A stretch of 60,494 nucleotides of DNA, the filler included, from Hausera hauseri (lineage: Eukaryota): NCBI GenBank assembly GCA_046269625.1. It is 9 parts of 9 records of this genome, joined end to end, with 100 filler letters (N's around TTAATTAATTAA, not from the genome) between each part and the next. Parts side by side here need not be neighbours in the genome. Positions count along the whole stretch, not along the records: positions 28,836 to 36,838 come from JBJURY010827638.1; positions 36,939 to 43,995 come from JBJURY010040666.1; positions 44,096 to 50,767 come from JBJURY010076548.1; 6 more parts are not named here. One strand, 5' to 3'. A program made the position numbers and the translations under genes. Positions 36,835 to 48,780 of this stretch are shown in pieces. The number at the start of each line of letters is the position of its first letter. The stretch's first letter is position 1. The notes under the pieces are model-generated. The model was not told where the DNA came from. It searched no databases and saw only the letters and a program-made list of their open reading frames with translations.

Positions 36835-38368
36835 GGGANNNNNNNNNNNNNNNNNNNNNNNNNNNNNNNNNNNNNNNNNNNNTTAATTAATTAANNNNNN
36901 NNNNNNNNNNNNNNNNNNNNNNNNNNNNNNNNNNNNNNTCGGCCCTGCTCCTAGTTGAGCGAAAGGAGCAGTTAACTGGCTACAGTGTGGGACGTATTTA
37001 TGGACAAAATGTAAAGTCCCAAGGAAACTACGCATATCAGTAGTAGTTTTTTGATAGCTCGATGTTTTGTAGCGGATGGATTCTATCAGGCTCTAGATTG
37101 TGGCCGTCAGGTGTGATGACGCAACCAAGGAAATTTACCTTTTTCTGAAAGAAGGAAGATTTTGAAAAATTCACTTGCAAATTGTAGTTGTGCAAGCGTT
37201 GGAAAACTAGTCTGAGATGTTCTTCGTGTTGTTTGGGCGATACCGATGCGACTAGTATGTCATCCATGTATTGATATGCAAATGGCAAGCCTGAAAGAAC
37301 TGAATGTATATGCCGTTGGAAAGTTTGTGCTGCGTTTTTTAAACCGAACGGCATGAATGCGCTCTCGAAAAGACCAAAAGTTTTTAAAATGGCCGTTTTT
37401 GGGATGTCATCTGGTGCTACCGGTATTTGGTGGTAGGCTTTTTCGAGATCTATGATTGAAAAAATCGTAGTCTTGTGTAAAGAATGCAATATATCCTTTA
37501 TCAACAGTAAAGGATAAGCATCCATGGTTTGGTTACTATTAAGTTGTCGATAGTCTCCGCAGGGACGGAATGTGCCATCTTTCTTTGGGACGACATGAAG
37601 TGGTGATGCCGATGGAGATTTAGAGCGGTTTATAATTCCAGCTTGCTCGAGTGCAAAGAATTCTCATTGTACTGCATGTCGACGGCGTGGGGAAAGTGGG
37701 GAGGGGGAATTTCTGTCTAACGGGCCTAAGGTTTTCTGTGACGATATAATGAAATGTCGTGTTAGCCGGTTGAAATGCTGGGCCTTTTTTAATTGTATGG
37801 AAACAAGATTTAGTCAGATATTGATGCATTTCTTGGCTAAGCATAGTAAAAGCTGTTGTTGTCACGGCAGTGGACTTATTGTGGGAAACGCTAAAAATCG
37901 AGTCGTTCTTGTTTGCGTCGGCTGATGGTTCTTTTAATATTGATTTTATAGTTGAGATAAGTTGCATGGTCGGTTGGTTATTTGCAGAGGTCGGTTTTGT
38001 TAAACCACTTTTGATGATCCGACGTTTTTTACAGTCTACAAGGAGGTTGTAGAAAGATAGGAAATCAGATCCAAGTATTGGAGATTGTGTGTTGGCAACG
38101 ATGAATGTCCAATTGAAAATATCGGAGAATGGTGGTAGAATGAATGAGATTTTGGACGTGCCGAGAATGTGTAAAGCTTGGCCGTTGGATGTGTATAGTT
38201 TAGTGTTAGATGGTGAGATAATTGGTGCTTTGATGAATGGTGGTAACAAAGAAACAGCAGCCCGTGAGTCAATGAGGAAGTTGATTGGTTGATTGGGTTT
38301 GGATGTTAGGAAGGCTTTTAATGTAAAAACGGCATAGGTACGGCTATTTGAATGAAAGCGTTTGCCTG

Positions 38369-38411
38369 TGCCAGTATGTGCCGAAACATCTGGCGACGTT
38401 GTCAGTTTTTT
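38369..38411 (-). promoter_or_regulatory. -1 frameshift signal A AAA AAC + TGA + hairpin
   Basis: Gag frame ends CCA AAA AAC TGA (38402-38404); the -1 frame continues into the protease; hairpin GCCAG-ATGT-TTCGGC-ACAT-A-CTGGC. Confidence 0.7.
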
Positions 38412-39478
38412 GGGATATTAAGATATGTAGAGTCGGGAGGATTAAGATGGATTTAATTGAATCGACTGGAAAACGTACAACTGTTAATGCAGTTTCGGGC
38501 TTTATTGCTAAACCTATTATGGTAAATGCAAATGATGTCGGATTTTTGAAAAGCTGGTGTAAAGAATCTGCAACCCAAACAATATTTGTTAGATTGGTTC
38601 TTGAATTTAGTGTGGTCGTAGCATACCATAGGTCGAGTAGGGGACCTGGCGGATCTTGAATTGTTCGATGAAGCACGACTATGATTAGTTGTAGATCGTT
38701 CTAGTCGCGGCATGGATAAATTGTCCAGTTTAGACGTTAAAGTAGAAATGGCTTGGTGTATTGCCGTGTTTTCAGCCCTGAGGGCGTTTATATGGTTATT
38801 CTGCGCTGTGATTTCGGCACTGGCTGGTGTCATAGGCGGTTGTATTGTGGCTGCGACAATAGGAGTATGGTGTGTGTTTATTATTTCATAGCTTTTATCA
38901 GCCAGTTGTTCAAACTTTTCTAATGTAGCGGTGTCTTCAACGACGGTTAGTAAAGCGCGTATTTATTTTGGTAACGATTGGAAAAAATATCTGCGCAATA
39001 AATCAGCGTTGTTGATTGGGTTCACTCCCAACTTCTTTAATTGGGTCAAGGATGTTTGTAAAAATTCGGAGGGTTTTAGTGTGACTATGGTGTTTTCATT
39101 GAAATATTTTTGGATAATATTATCCAAAGGAGGCTCCCTTTGTTTAATTATGGCATTGAATAGTGTTTCATATGGGTCTACCCTCTGAAAAATTTCGGAA
39201 AGATTTGGTAGTAGTGATTTAAGGTTGTTCGGTAGAAGTATTAATAGGCTATTGGCCTTGAAGAAAGGATCAGTTGTCTTATTCAATTTTAGCCACTGTG
39301 TGTGAAATTCCAGCCATGTACGGCTGGAATGTTGTTTGTCTGTGAAATAGTCGACGCAAGAAAAATTGACCAAAGGGGATGCTGCAGGTAGGGCTAAAGG
39401 ATATGGCTTTAGAGGAACATGTATGGTAGGAATATCGATGAGTTCCTGATGGTCGTTTAATGCAGGTTTGGTGTCGGA

Positions 39479-39716
39479 ACCACCAAATAGGCGTGGACAT
39501 AAAGTTATTATTAGGGGTGAAGGTGGGGATAGGAAGGATGATATTAGGTCGGAATAATGAAGTTGGTATCTGTTTATGCTTAGTGTGTAGCCTTTTAAGT
39601 TGATGCGATGAGACAAATCTACGGACAAATCCGCTACTGTTACTTTAGTGTGTAATCGGTGTGTGTGAATGTTTGTATTAGAAGAAAAGGTAGATAGAGA
39701 AAAAGATGTGCGTCAT
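39479..39716 (-). other. Ubiquitin-like domain ending in RLFGG at the Gag N-terminus (one frameshift)
   Basis: MTHIFFSIYLF(fs)SNTNIHTHRLHTKVTVADLSVDLSHRINLKGYTLSINRYQLHYSDLISSF...IITLCPRLFGG. Confidence 0.7.
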
Positions 39717-40959
39717 TTTACGGGTATAGTGCGCCACCGGGGACACGGTCGCAAACGAAATCCCTGCGCTGTAAAGGTTGATCTGTCCAGTTAGGATGGT
39801 ATCTGGGGCATTGGATCTGGATATTACCATGAATATTTGATCAGTTAATTTGGAGAACGATAAGTCATTTCCTATTGTTCGTATATTAGCTGGTTTAGCA
39901 AATGGTCTTTTAGGTTTCAGTACCTTGTTTGTAGACTCAACGAGTAAAAAAGTGAATTTGTAATACTTAATTGCATTAAGTATACTGGGAGATATTGAAT
40001 GTAGTGATTGGGGTACTCTTTTACAACGTATAACAAAATAGAAAGGTAAGAAATTATCCGACCTTTTTTTACATCCTAAGTCCAGTGTTTGTAGAGCCTG
40101 GGATCACTGTAATTATTCGTTCGAAGTCAGTATGCGAATGTCGTTGACGGTTTTGCCGTTCATCTTTTGCTTTAGCGAGATTGGCATCCGTAGAATTGCC
40201 TTGAGCTTTCAAATACAAGTCGGGTCTGTAACGCAATTCGTTCCTAGCATTATTTACTTTATACTGATTGTCTGGGAATTTTGTGTGGCGATATACAGAT
40301 AATCCTTCGGTTCGTTTTTTTTGCCAATAGTGATTCAATGGGTATACTTACAAGGTAAGTTATAAGACCTTTCTTGTGTTTCCAATCTTTGAATATGGAA
40401 GACACTGTTTTGCTCCTGGAATCATTATTAGCCACAATGTCGTAGAGATCTGTCCACGATTCTAGCAGATTGTTATCTTGTATGTTTGGTAAGTTATCGG
40501 ATTTTTTAACCGATGAAAAGTATTTTCGATACATGCAGCTGTGGATCGTGATTTCGAAACCTTCGGCTTAACTGCGACATTCTCGTTCTTTTCTGACTCG
40601 TTGGGCAAAAGACAAGGTCTGCAATAAGTACAATATAAGAATCTCAATTTTTTGTAAAGTGCACGTGCATACGATACCAGCTATCCGCGCGAATTCTTTA
40701 AAATTATTTATGTTATACAGATCCAAATCGAGCAAACGGAAAACTCTCAATGAGATGAAATTGGGATATTCCTAGGGTAAAGGACGTTTGAACGACCTGG
40801 CGAAGGGTTCGTAATCTATTTTGTAGGCATCATAATATAAACGAACAGGATCATAACTGTTCATATTTAGTTTGAGCGTCGGCGGGTGTGTTGTTTAATA
40901 ACTGGGTGCAATATAAACGCTTTTGAAAACTTAACGATGTTTCCAATTCTTCTCGATCA

Positions 40960-42000
40960 AGCCGTGTTGCATCTCCGTGAAATTCATTCAAGTCAAGAGG
41001 CCGCATTTTTGTCGCGTAGGCTCCAACAGCCTGTGGCGGGTAGTCCCATAGCTCCTTCAGTAGTTTCAATAAGTCGGCCTGTTCGATTTCGATTTCTGAA
41101 CCGTAATCGATTAATTTCACACGAATAGGTTCCGCTTTTTTCGCAGTCTTTTGAAGAAGTTTAACACATTCAAAAACGTCTTTGGATTGGCATGCGGCGA
41201 TAAGTACGAGTTGAATAAATTTGGCATTAACACCATGGACTTTATGGCGATGGCTAGAATAGTTGTTTCTCTTTAATTTGATCTGTATATAATCGCATTT
41301 GAATGTCTCAGTAGAAACCTCTACGGAATGATTAAGAACACGGATGTAGAAATGACTGGGATTGTCAAAGTATAAAATCAGAAATTCGATGTACCCCTTA
41401 TTCGGAAGGACAGCTATATCAACTTCCAGTTGGAGAATATAACGTCCATGACACGATGGTAAAATACATTCACCATTCGCTTTTAGTCGTAGACATATTT
41501 CATCCATATCCTTTGAGAGTAGAAAGTCGACTGCTTTGTCGTATAGTCCATCTGGCCTCTCACGGTCACATCGACTTAGAACCGAGCGTAAATAATAAGC
41601 ATTCTTTGGACTGAATTCATTCGGATTTAAAAAGATGTGGGAATGACAATGAGATGTCTCTTTAGTTTTGGGTTTAGATGCTGGTAAGAATGGAAATTCA
41701 GAAAATCTGTCTCTCAGGAAATTTAATTGTCGACCCAATGTTTCTTTTGTAACATCGACGTGAAGCAATGTATGTGCATTATATATCGATTTCGCAGTTT
41801 GTGTAGGAGCCTCGTCCGAAATTAAAAGAACGGGTATTTTAACGCATCCTTGATATTGATTCCACTCGTCAACAACACCGAACTCAGGTGCGCTATGGGC
41901 ACCGAGCATTATCTTCAACGCGTACGATACTTTATGACTGAGATATTTTTGTGTTCATTATTTCTTTGTCATCATTGGCCAATATGATCGGCCTTTTTAT
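40960..42000 (-). pseudogene. TDRD12: TDRD12/Yb-family fragment: end of helicase-like region, Cys/His linker, extended Tudor
   Basis: VLLISDE..NAHTLLHVD..LGRQLNFLRDRF; ICLRLKANGEC..C.GR..LPNKGYIEFLI..PSHFYIRV; VKLIDYG..LLKL..YPPQAV..MRPLD. Confidence 0.72.
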
Positions 42001-42179
42001 ACTAGCCTCCGTTAGATCGGGATATTGAATTAGTTTTTGGTACATATCGACTTTCGTAGTGCAGTCGTCGACAATGATCTGATTCGGTCGATGAATCGCA
42101 ACAGTTTCCTCAGGATTGTTTATAATAATGTCAAACTCTGTAGTATTTAATGGAATATTTTATTTTTGTTTATTAAATA

Positions 42180-42563
42180 TAATCCCATAATCGACCATTT
42201 CTGCCATCCAAGGAATATAAACGATAGCAAGAAACCAATGCTGGTCTTCACAAACGGGAATAATGATGAAGTTTTTTAAAAGTATGTCAACATTTTTGTC
42301 CACTTTGTTACTTGCCGATGACAAATTTCCGGTGTTTCGTTTTTCGGTTCCCGGCCATTGCCGATAAGTTTGGTATTAAAAAGACAATTAAAGATGTAAG
42401 TCATTTCTCGCTGTTCGTCTGTGAGAACTCGGTGAAAAATGTAGGCCAGATATGCATTTATTATGTTGTCATTAAGTACTTTGGAATCTTGAAGACATTT
42501 AAAATCGAATTTACTCGGATCCATGCGACTCACCTCCAATGTGTCACTAGGTTTATAATACAC
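42180..42563 (-). pseudogene. Ulp1/SENP (C48 peptidase) catalytic-domain fragment
   Basis: DFKCL...LNDNIINAYL, YIFNCLF.TKL, VTKWTK(fs), NFIIIPVCEDQHWFLAIV (catalytic His); no catalytic Cys seen. Confidence 0.85.
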
Positions 42564-43179
42564 TGTCGGTTCTCTTTTGGTTCTTTTCTGACTTTTTATG
42601 AATAATTCTCTGGGCGACTTATGAATCCTTTTTAAAAATATCTTTCGAATTATCCGGCAATTTTTTAGTTTCTGAAAGGTACAATGACCATTCGTTAATA
42701 AAACCTGTCTTCTCTAATTTTTGTTCCTTACTGTACATTTGTTCTTTGAATTCATCAAGACTTTTCATATAGTTGAGAAACCTTTAATTTTTCGCCATAA
42801 TTTCATATCATTTCATTATAATGTTCGAAATATTGAAGAAAGTTCGGTATATCCAAACAGAACCAAATAGATCCATAAAAAATTGTTCGATTTTTTGCTA
42901 ATATTGTGACCGTTTATCTCGAATTTTGAAAATATTGATTTGAAATGAAATTCATAATAACAGTCTGCCAATGAGAGTTTTAATAAACTATTATTTCTAC
43001 AAAATTGAAGTTTTAACATCTATAATTTTTATTTCAAAATTCGAAAGTGCAATATCATTTTCTCCAACAGCCATTAATACTTGAAACTTCAATAACTGGT
43101 CATTCAGCGTTAGTTTATTTTTTGTAGTAAATACCAAATTTTTACTAAAACAAATATATTTCATACGAATTTCTATTTC

Positions 43180-43760
43180 TTCACAAAGAAATGACAACTG
43201 TTGGCTCATCAATAAATCTTTCAGGTTTACCCGTTGATTTCTATAGGTTACGTAGATTGCTCCAACAACTTTATCACCCGACACTTCTTTTAGATATGTA
43301 ACATGTACAATTGAATTACCTTCGCAAAGTTTGATAACAAATCTGTGAATTGCTAGAGTCCAGCGATCAGGTTCTCTAACTCGAACATTAATTCGTGCTC
43401 CTTCCGTCATAACACTTATCCCTGATAGTCTCAATCCCGATAATTTGATCAACTTTGCAGTTCGCTTTACTACCTGAACTGTTTTTCCGTAATCTATAAA
43501 TAATCCCTCTTAGCCGACTCCCGATGCTTATTTACTGATTTGGAATCGTTTCAAATTTCCTTTGTTCATGGTCAGACAGACCATGTGCAAAAATATTTCT
43601 CGACATGGAGTTAACTGTAAATTTTGAATTTGATTACAATTCAGAGGGGTTTTGTAAAATAACCCTTGATCGATTCTGAGAAACAATATAGGTTCGGATA
43701 CTGTGATTATTTTCACTTGGACCATGACAAAATAGCTTTCAATTTCTGACACCAGTCATA
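43180..43760 (-). pseudogene. TDRD12: TDRD12-like N-terminal extended Tudor domain
   Basis: VQVKIITVSEP, GLFIDYGKTV, RWTLAIHRFV.KL, IYVTYRNQRVNLKDLL; colinear with the 40960-42000 fragment. Confidence 0.6.
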
Positions 43761-46029
43761 TTTTCGTACTAATAAAATCACGATTGCAAAAAATAACTAT
43801 TATTGGAAGTTACAGAGAAAACCATAAATATATTCATTGAACTATAGACGGAGTTCCGTCATATAGTTCCAAGAAAAATAAAAATTTAAATATATAATTT
43901 TTCACGATACAACTTGACATATAAATACATATCCTTGGTTAGAATCGAAAAATATACCATACATTACTCTGAAATTATTGCATATTTGATTTCTTNNNNN
44001 NNNNNNNNNNNNNNNNNNNNNNNNNNNNNNNNNNNNNNNTTAATTAATTAANNNNNNNNNNNNNNNNNNNNNNNNNNNNNNNNNNNNNNNNNNNNGTGTC
44101 CCCAGAAATATTATTAAGACGGAAACAGGAATTATAATCATGGATTAAAAGCGGAGTAAAATTTGCAGAAGGATGGAAAAAAATGAAGATAGAGTCGACG
44201 TAAAAGTCACTAAGGCTCAGATGCTACTGACTACTTTAGAGGCAAACCCCAAATTGAAGAGAGTAGTCCGTAATTTAGAACGTATGATGGACGAAATTCG
44301 GTACGCAATGATTAAACGGCTTAAGGAAAAACCGTTTAACCATCGAAGTAATATTGATTTAGAAATATTGGATATAGATCCGTTGGATATTCCTCCTTTG
44401 ACGGAGATGATAAAAATCGCATTTGCTACGCCCAAACAATATACAAACCTAGAAGATCGACTTAAAATAGAAAACGAAAAGCGAGCACAGATTTATAGCT
44501 TGAGGAATTGAATTATGTCCCCAAATCACGAGGAGGCTCAGTATGTAGTTAAGGCTTGTATCGTAGAGTTGGACGAGTACAAGGACGAGTTTAGTTATGT
44601 CGGCCGGATTATGAATTTCCTAAGAGGACCAGACGATGAGTTAAGAGGTGCATATAAGATGTTAGATAGTGCTATAATGGCAAAACCAATCATCGCAAAT
44701 CAATTATCGGAATGGTCCGAATAAGTAGTGCGATGAAGCACATTGGCAGAAGACCGCAAAACGGAATTTCCGCAAAGCGAGCCAACGGTAAAGAAACAAT
44801 TAGAAGAAAGTGCACATGACCTAGGCACAATGCGGATAGAAGTAGATATCCGTACTCAATTTGAAGCGCTACAACGACTAAAATTTATGGAAAAGGAACG
44901 TGAAGCGTTGATGATGGAGAAAATCTACAAACTGATCGAAGAGACAAACTTTACGGAAAAACGGAATATGATTTACGATGTAAATTCAAAGTTAAGGATT
45001 GTCCGCCTAGAAGGGATCCAACACTTAACGGGGAAACCGATTGCCGAAATTTTTGTACAAGACATTGAAATCTTAGACATTTGTCCAGGACATCGAGAAA
45101 TGCTAACAGACGTCATAAAATTCTTACATAAACCACAAGAATGGATGGCCGGATCGGATCAGAATTTTCATACCATATTTACGAAAATAAGCAACGACCC
45201 ACATTTTAGTTTTCAGGAATATAAGTTTGCAAAGAAATTGTTGGATGCAATTGACCCTGACTCAAAGGTTATAAATGAGATGCATGAGTTAGCCTATTTA
45301 TTGGTGGATATGGTAGAAATCAGTGATGAGAAGATGATGCAATTGATGCCCAAGATACAGAATGTAGAAGAAACATGTACTAAAACGAAACAAAGAGCGA
45401 CAAGGTTAGATTAAATAATAAAAGAGCTTGAAATCTATCAAAACAAATATGCTTTTACCCAATCAGAGATTAAGAATAAACGAGAATATGTAAAAAGATG
45501 ACAAAGGGATGTGATTCTTCAATTGACAGATTATCACCAGAAGGGGCCGATTAACCCGAACGAATTGGGTGAATTACTGAAAATGATTCAGTATGCTTGT
45601 GAAAACGGAGTAGGTTTCCGAACTACGCAGATGAAGGAAATACAACCAAGATTGAAAGAAGTTAGGGAAAATGTACAGAAAGCAAAAACAATTGGGATAG
45701 ACACTGGACTTCCATAGGTCAGTAACGAGCCGGAATGGGATGCATACTTCGACGAAATGCTGACCGAAAAGCCTATGACTCCAGTACAATTGAATGAGAT
45801 AGAACCATGTCCGCAAAACAGAATATTCAACGTGGAGATGCTACTGGATTCAGCGCTAACTGAAAAGGATTTGATTGAATTAATTAACGTAAATATTACA
45901 AAAAATAAATTACGACAACTTATTCCAACTTTAACTAAATTGTCCTGTAAGAACACGATTTATAGGACGGTGCCGAAACTTTTGATAAGGAAATATGCTA
46001 AAATTTTAAGGACTAAACCTGAGACAGCG

Positions 46030-46248
46030 ATGAAAGTGATGGTATCATCTGAGTAGATAGACGAAAAAGAATGTGAGTTGACCACATATTCCTATGTAAA
46101 AGACGTGCGAGAATGGTTATTGAATAATGGCGGAACAAATGAGCTAAATTATAGATTCTACTTTAGAGGCAAAATACTCGACGACCTAGAGCAACTAATA
46201 GATGTAGGAGTTATCCCTGCCGAAACAAACCGAATAGTAGCAATAATA
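46030..46248 (+). other. Ubiquitin-like domain without C-terminal GG (family B)
   Basis: MKVMVSS..ECEL..YVKDVREWL...YRFYFRGKILDDLEQLIDVGV..RIVAII parallels ubiquitin [21 protein letters not shown]. Confidence 0.7.
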
Positions 46249-46965
46249 GCTAACGAACAGACAAATGAAGAAGCCACACGTAAGGTTAAAGCAGAACAAT
46301 GCGTAGGACAAATTATGGGAGTTCGAGATGCTGCAATGTATTTTGAGTACTTACAAACGGACAAAGATAAGAAACAATACGACATAAATTTAGTTCCACT
46401 GAGTGGAACAGCCACTAAGGGTCCAAGACTGAAATGCCCAGTAGGCAGACCTAGAAAAGTGCGAGAAGAAGTGGATTACAATGGATAGTTAATTAGAGAA
46501 TTAAGACAGATGTCAATTCCGACTCTTAGTCCAGATAACAAAGAATTAAGCGAGTTAATGAAAAAATTAATACGAATTGTAAATTATTCCAGTTTCCGAG
46601 GGGACGTATTAGAAGATAAAGAAAAGATAAATTTCGATGCAGCCAAAATGATACGAAGTTCACGTTTCAAATTATCGAAAGGTAACTTAACTGAAGAATC
46701 GGTAATCGAGAATACCATGGTGGAGAACACCAACGGAGAGTTGAGAAAAGTGTTATTATATTTAACTATGAAGATAAATCCTAATCGACAGAACAAAATT
46801 AATAGGGCTATAAGCTTAGCACTGAAAGCAGAAAGAAGAATGCCTGGAGAAGTAAATTGGGCAAGACTGTTTTATAAGGAAGAGGACAAAAGAAACAACA
46901 ATAAACTCGACGATATGTTACGTAACCTGATAACGTCAGACGTTGCAGGTCGAAAGAATGAATCA

Positions 46966-48780
46966 AACTGGCTAATTAGCTTGCTCACTTTAATGACGCT
47001 AATAAAGCATATAGGCGCTGTAACCGTCTATGATTGCGACAAGTTTAAATATTCCTTGATGGATCTGGAAATATGCGAAGATGCTAGACTGCACAAACTG
47101 GAAACGAGGGAGAAAAGTTACTTCCTGTATCAGCAACAAGAATTGGTATCGTTAGATGAAATGGAGTGCATGCTGAGACGATCGCATAGTATTTTTCACT
47201 GTGGACTAGTACACGGATACTGCTTTATAATCAAACCAACTACTCCTCTAATTCCGATGAATTTAGAGCGTCAACATTGTAAACGAGGTAATGAAACCGG
47301 AAGAATACAATGGGACAGGATGCAATTGGAAATGCAACCCGGAAAATTAATCAGAGAATACAAAGTAGTAGCTGAAAGGCTGGATATGCATAGCGGACAT
47401 TGAAGTGGAGCAGAATACGATACCGGTAGAGGATTAGAATCAAATGTAATAGTTGTGGATTTCTACGAATCAAAAATGCGATCACAGAAGGTAATGTTCC
47501 ATACTGTCACAAAGCTATACACTGAGAATCAGAAATGTCATTTACAAGACGGGACCTGTGCTTTTAGGAGTTCGATTATAATATGGGAACCTCCTTCTGG
47601 AAGAAATTGGTACTTTATTAAAATTAAAAAACTAAAGTTCAATAAAACTACAGGAAGGGGATATGTGGACAAATCGGAAACTAATTCGAAGCACTTGAGG
47701 ATGTGTCAGAACACTCTACACCTACTATTCTAATTTCGGATCAGCATGGATTGAAATTTGTTAAAAAATAGGTGATGTCTCGCTGTGATGTAGTGATGTT
47801 TGCTACGAATTATCAAGCGCTTTCCTAGCGGAAACAGAAATAAACGCCAAAACTTATAAGTTAGAAACACAGGATGTACGTATCAAAGATTACCGGAAAA
47901 ATAGAGATGATTTCTTCTACTATAAAGGACAAATTGGAATAACGAAATTATATCACAAAATGATAATGAATGACTGCAAATTGGATACTGAAATCATAAA
48001 AACTAAAATGGCGCTTATATATGCAAACCCAGAATTGGCCTCTCTAATAATTCATATGAGAGAAGGAATTTTCGGTCGGGTAACAGGCGAAGTATTGCTA
48101 ACCTATGAATGCGAAAAGAGAGAGGTGCCCATCAACATGGAAGAAAAAGGTTGCATTCAGGAGCTTCCTGTCATTTATCAAAATATTCCAATGGTAGCTA
48201 CAACGTTGACAAGGGTGTTACTGGATAACGTTACCCAACCGACTATCCTTAAGAATTGTAAGGCATGCTTAGGAGAACCTATGTTTAGGCGTAGTGAAAC
48301 AGACTGGGTTAGTTTGCCAAATGGAGGCATCACTGTAGCTCCAAATAAATTAACAGGGACGAATCTTGCAAAATGAATTACAGACGATAAATTTCAAGAC
48401 ACCTCGTCAAAATGTATATACAGGCCGAAGAAAATTAAGGCTTTCAGACAATTCCTTGCCTTTCCACGACAACGAACACATGAGTTAAATCGAGCTATGG
48501 CGTCTATAGTAGACGATACACGATATCAGGCTAAATGGGAATCATTACTCAGCGTAAACCACTATCAGAGAGTAACAACAGAAATGCTCTACAAAATTTG
48601 GGGAAAATTTTTGATTTTCGGACAAGCCGCACTCGGATTCTTAGCGATATATTTTCTGATACAAATGATTAAGGCAGTCATCCAAGCAGTAATAAATGGG
48701 TACGAAATATTTACATTAACCGGATTTTTATGTAAAATACTGACTGCGATCATAACGCCTTTTGGAAAATTCTTGAATGC
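46966..48780 (+). pseudogene. Chuvirus-like (class III, gB-type) glycoprotein: signal, ectodomain, membrane region
   Basis: WLISLLTLMTLIKHIGA|VTVYDC..SLMDLEIC, C..RRS..HCGLVH, TGEVLLTYEC, CIQELPV.Y, TRVL, WGKFLIFGQAALGFLAIYFLIQMIKAVIQAVINGY. Confidence 0.85.

Larger units (their letters stand above)
36939..39790 (-). mobile_element. Family A Gypsy copy A4: 5' end, Ubl-gag, PR, RT
   Basis: PRLFGG then gag KPSEFLQ..LLRRYFF, double CHCC box, [27 protein letters not shown]. Confidence 0.92.

Noticed and set aside
42180-42563. SENP fragment as the dedicated protease for the Ubl-GG Gag
   Set aside because: It is incomplete, lies outside the element, and is absent next to other family A copies; no evidence of functional linkage.
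44173-47733. Nine in-frame stops without a frameshift, suggesting a reassigned stop codon or readthrough
   Set aside because: TGA, TAA and TAG all occur, and other copies have stops and indels at different positions; ordinary mutational decay explains it.
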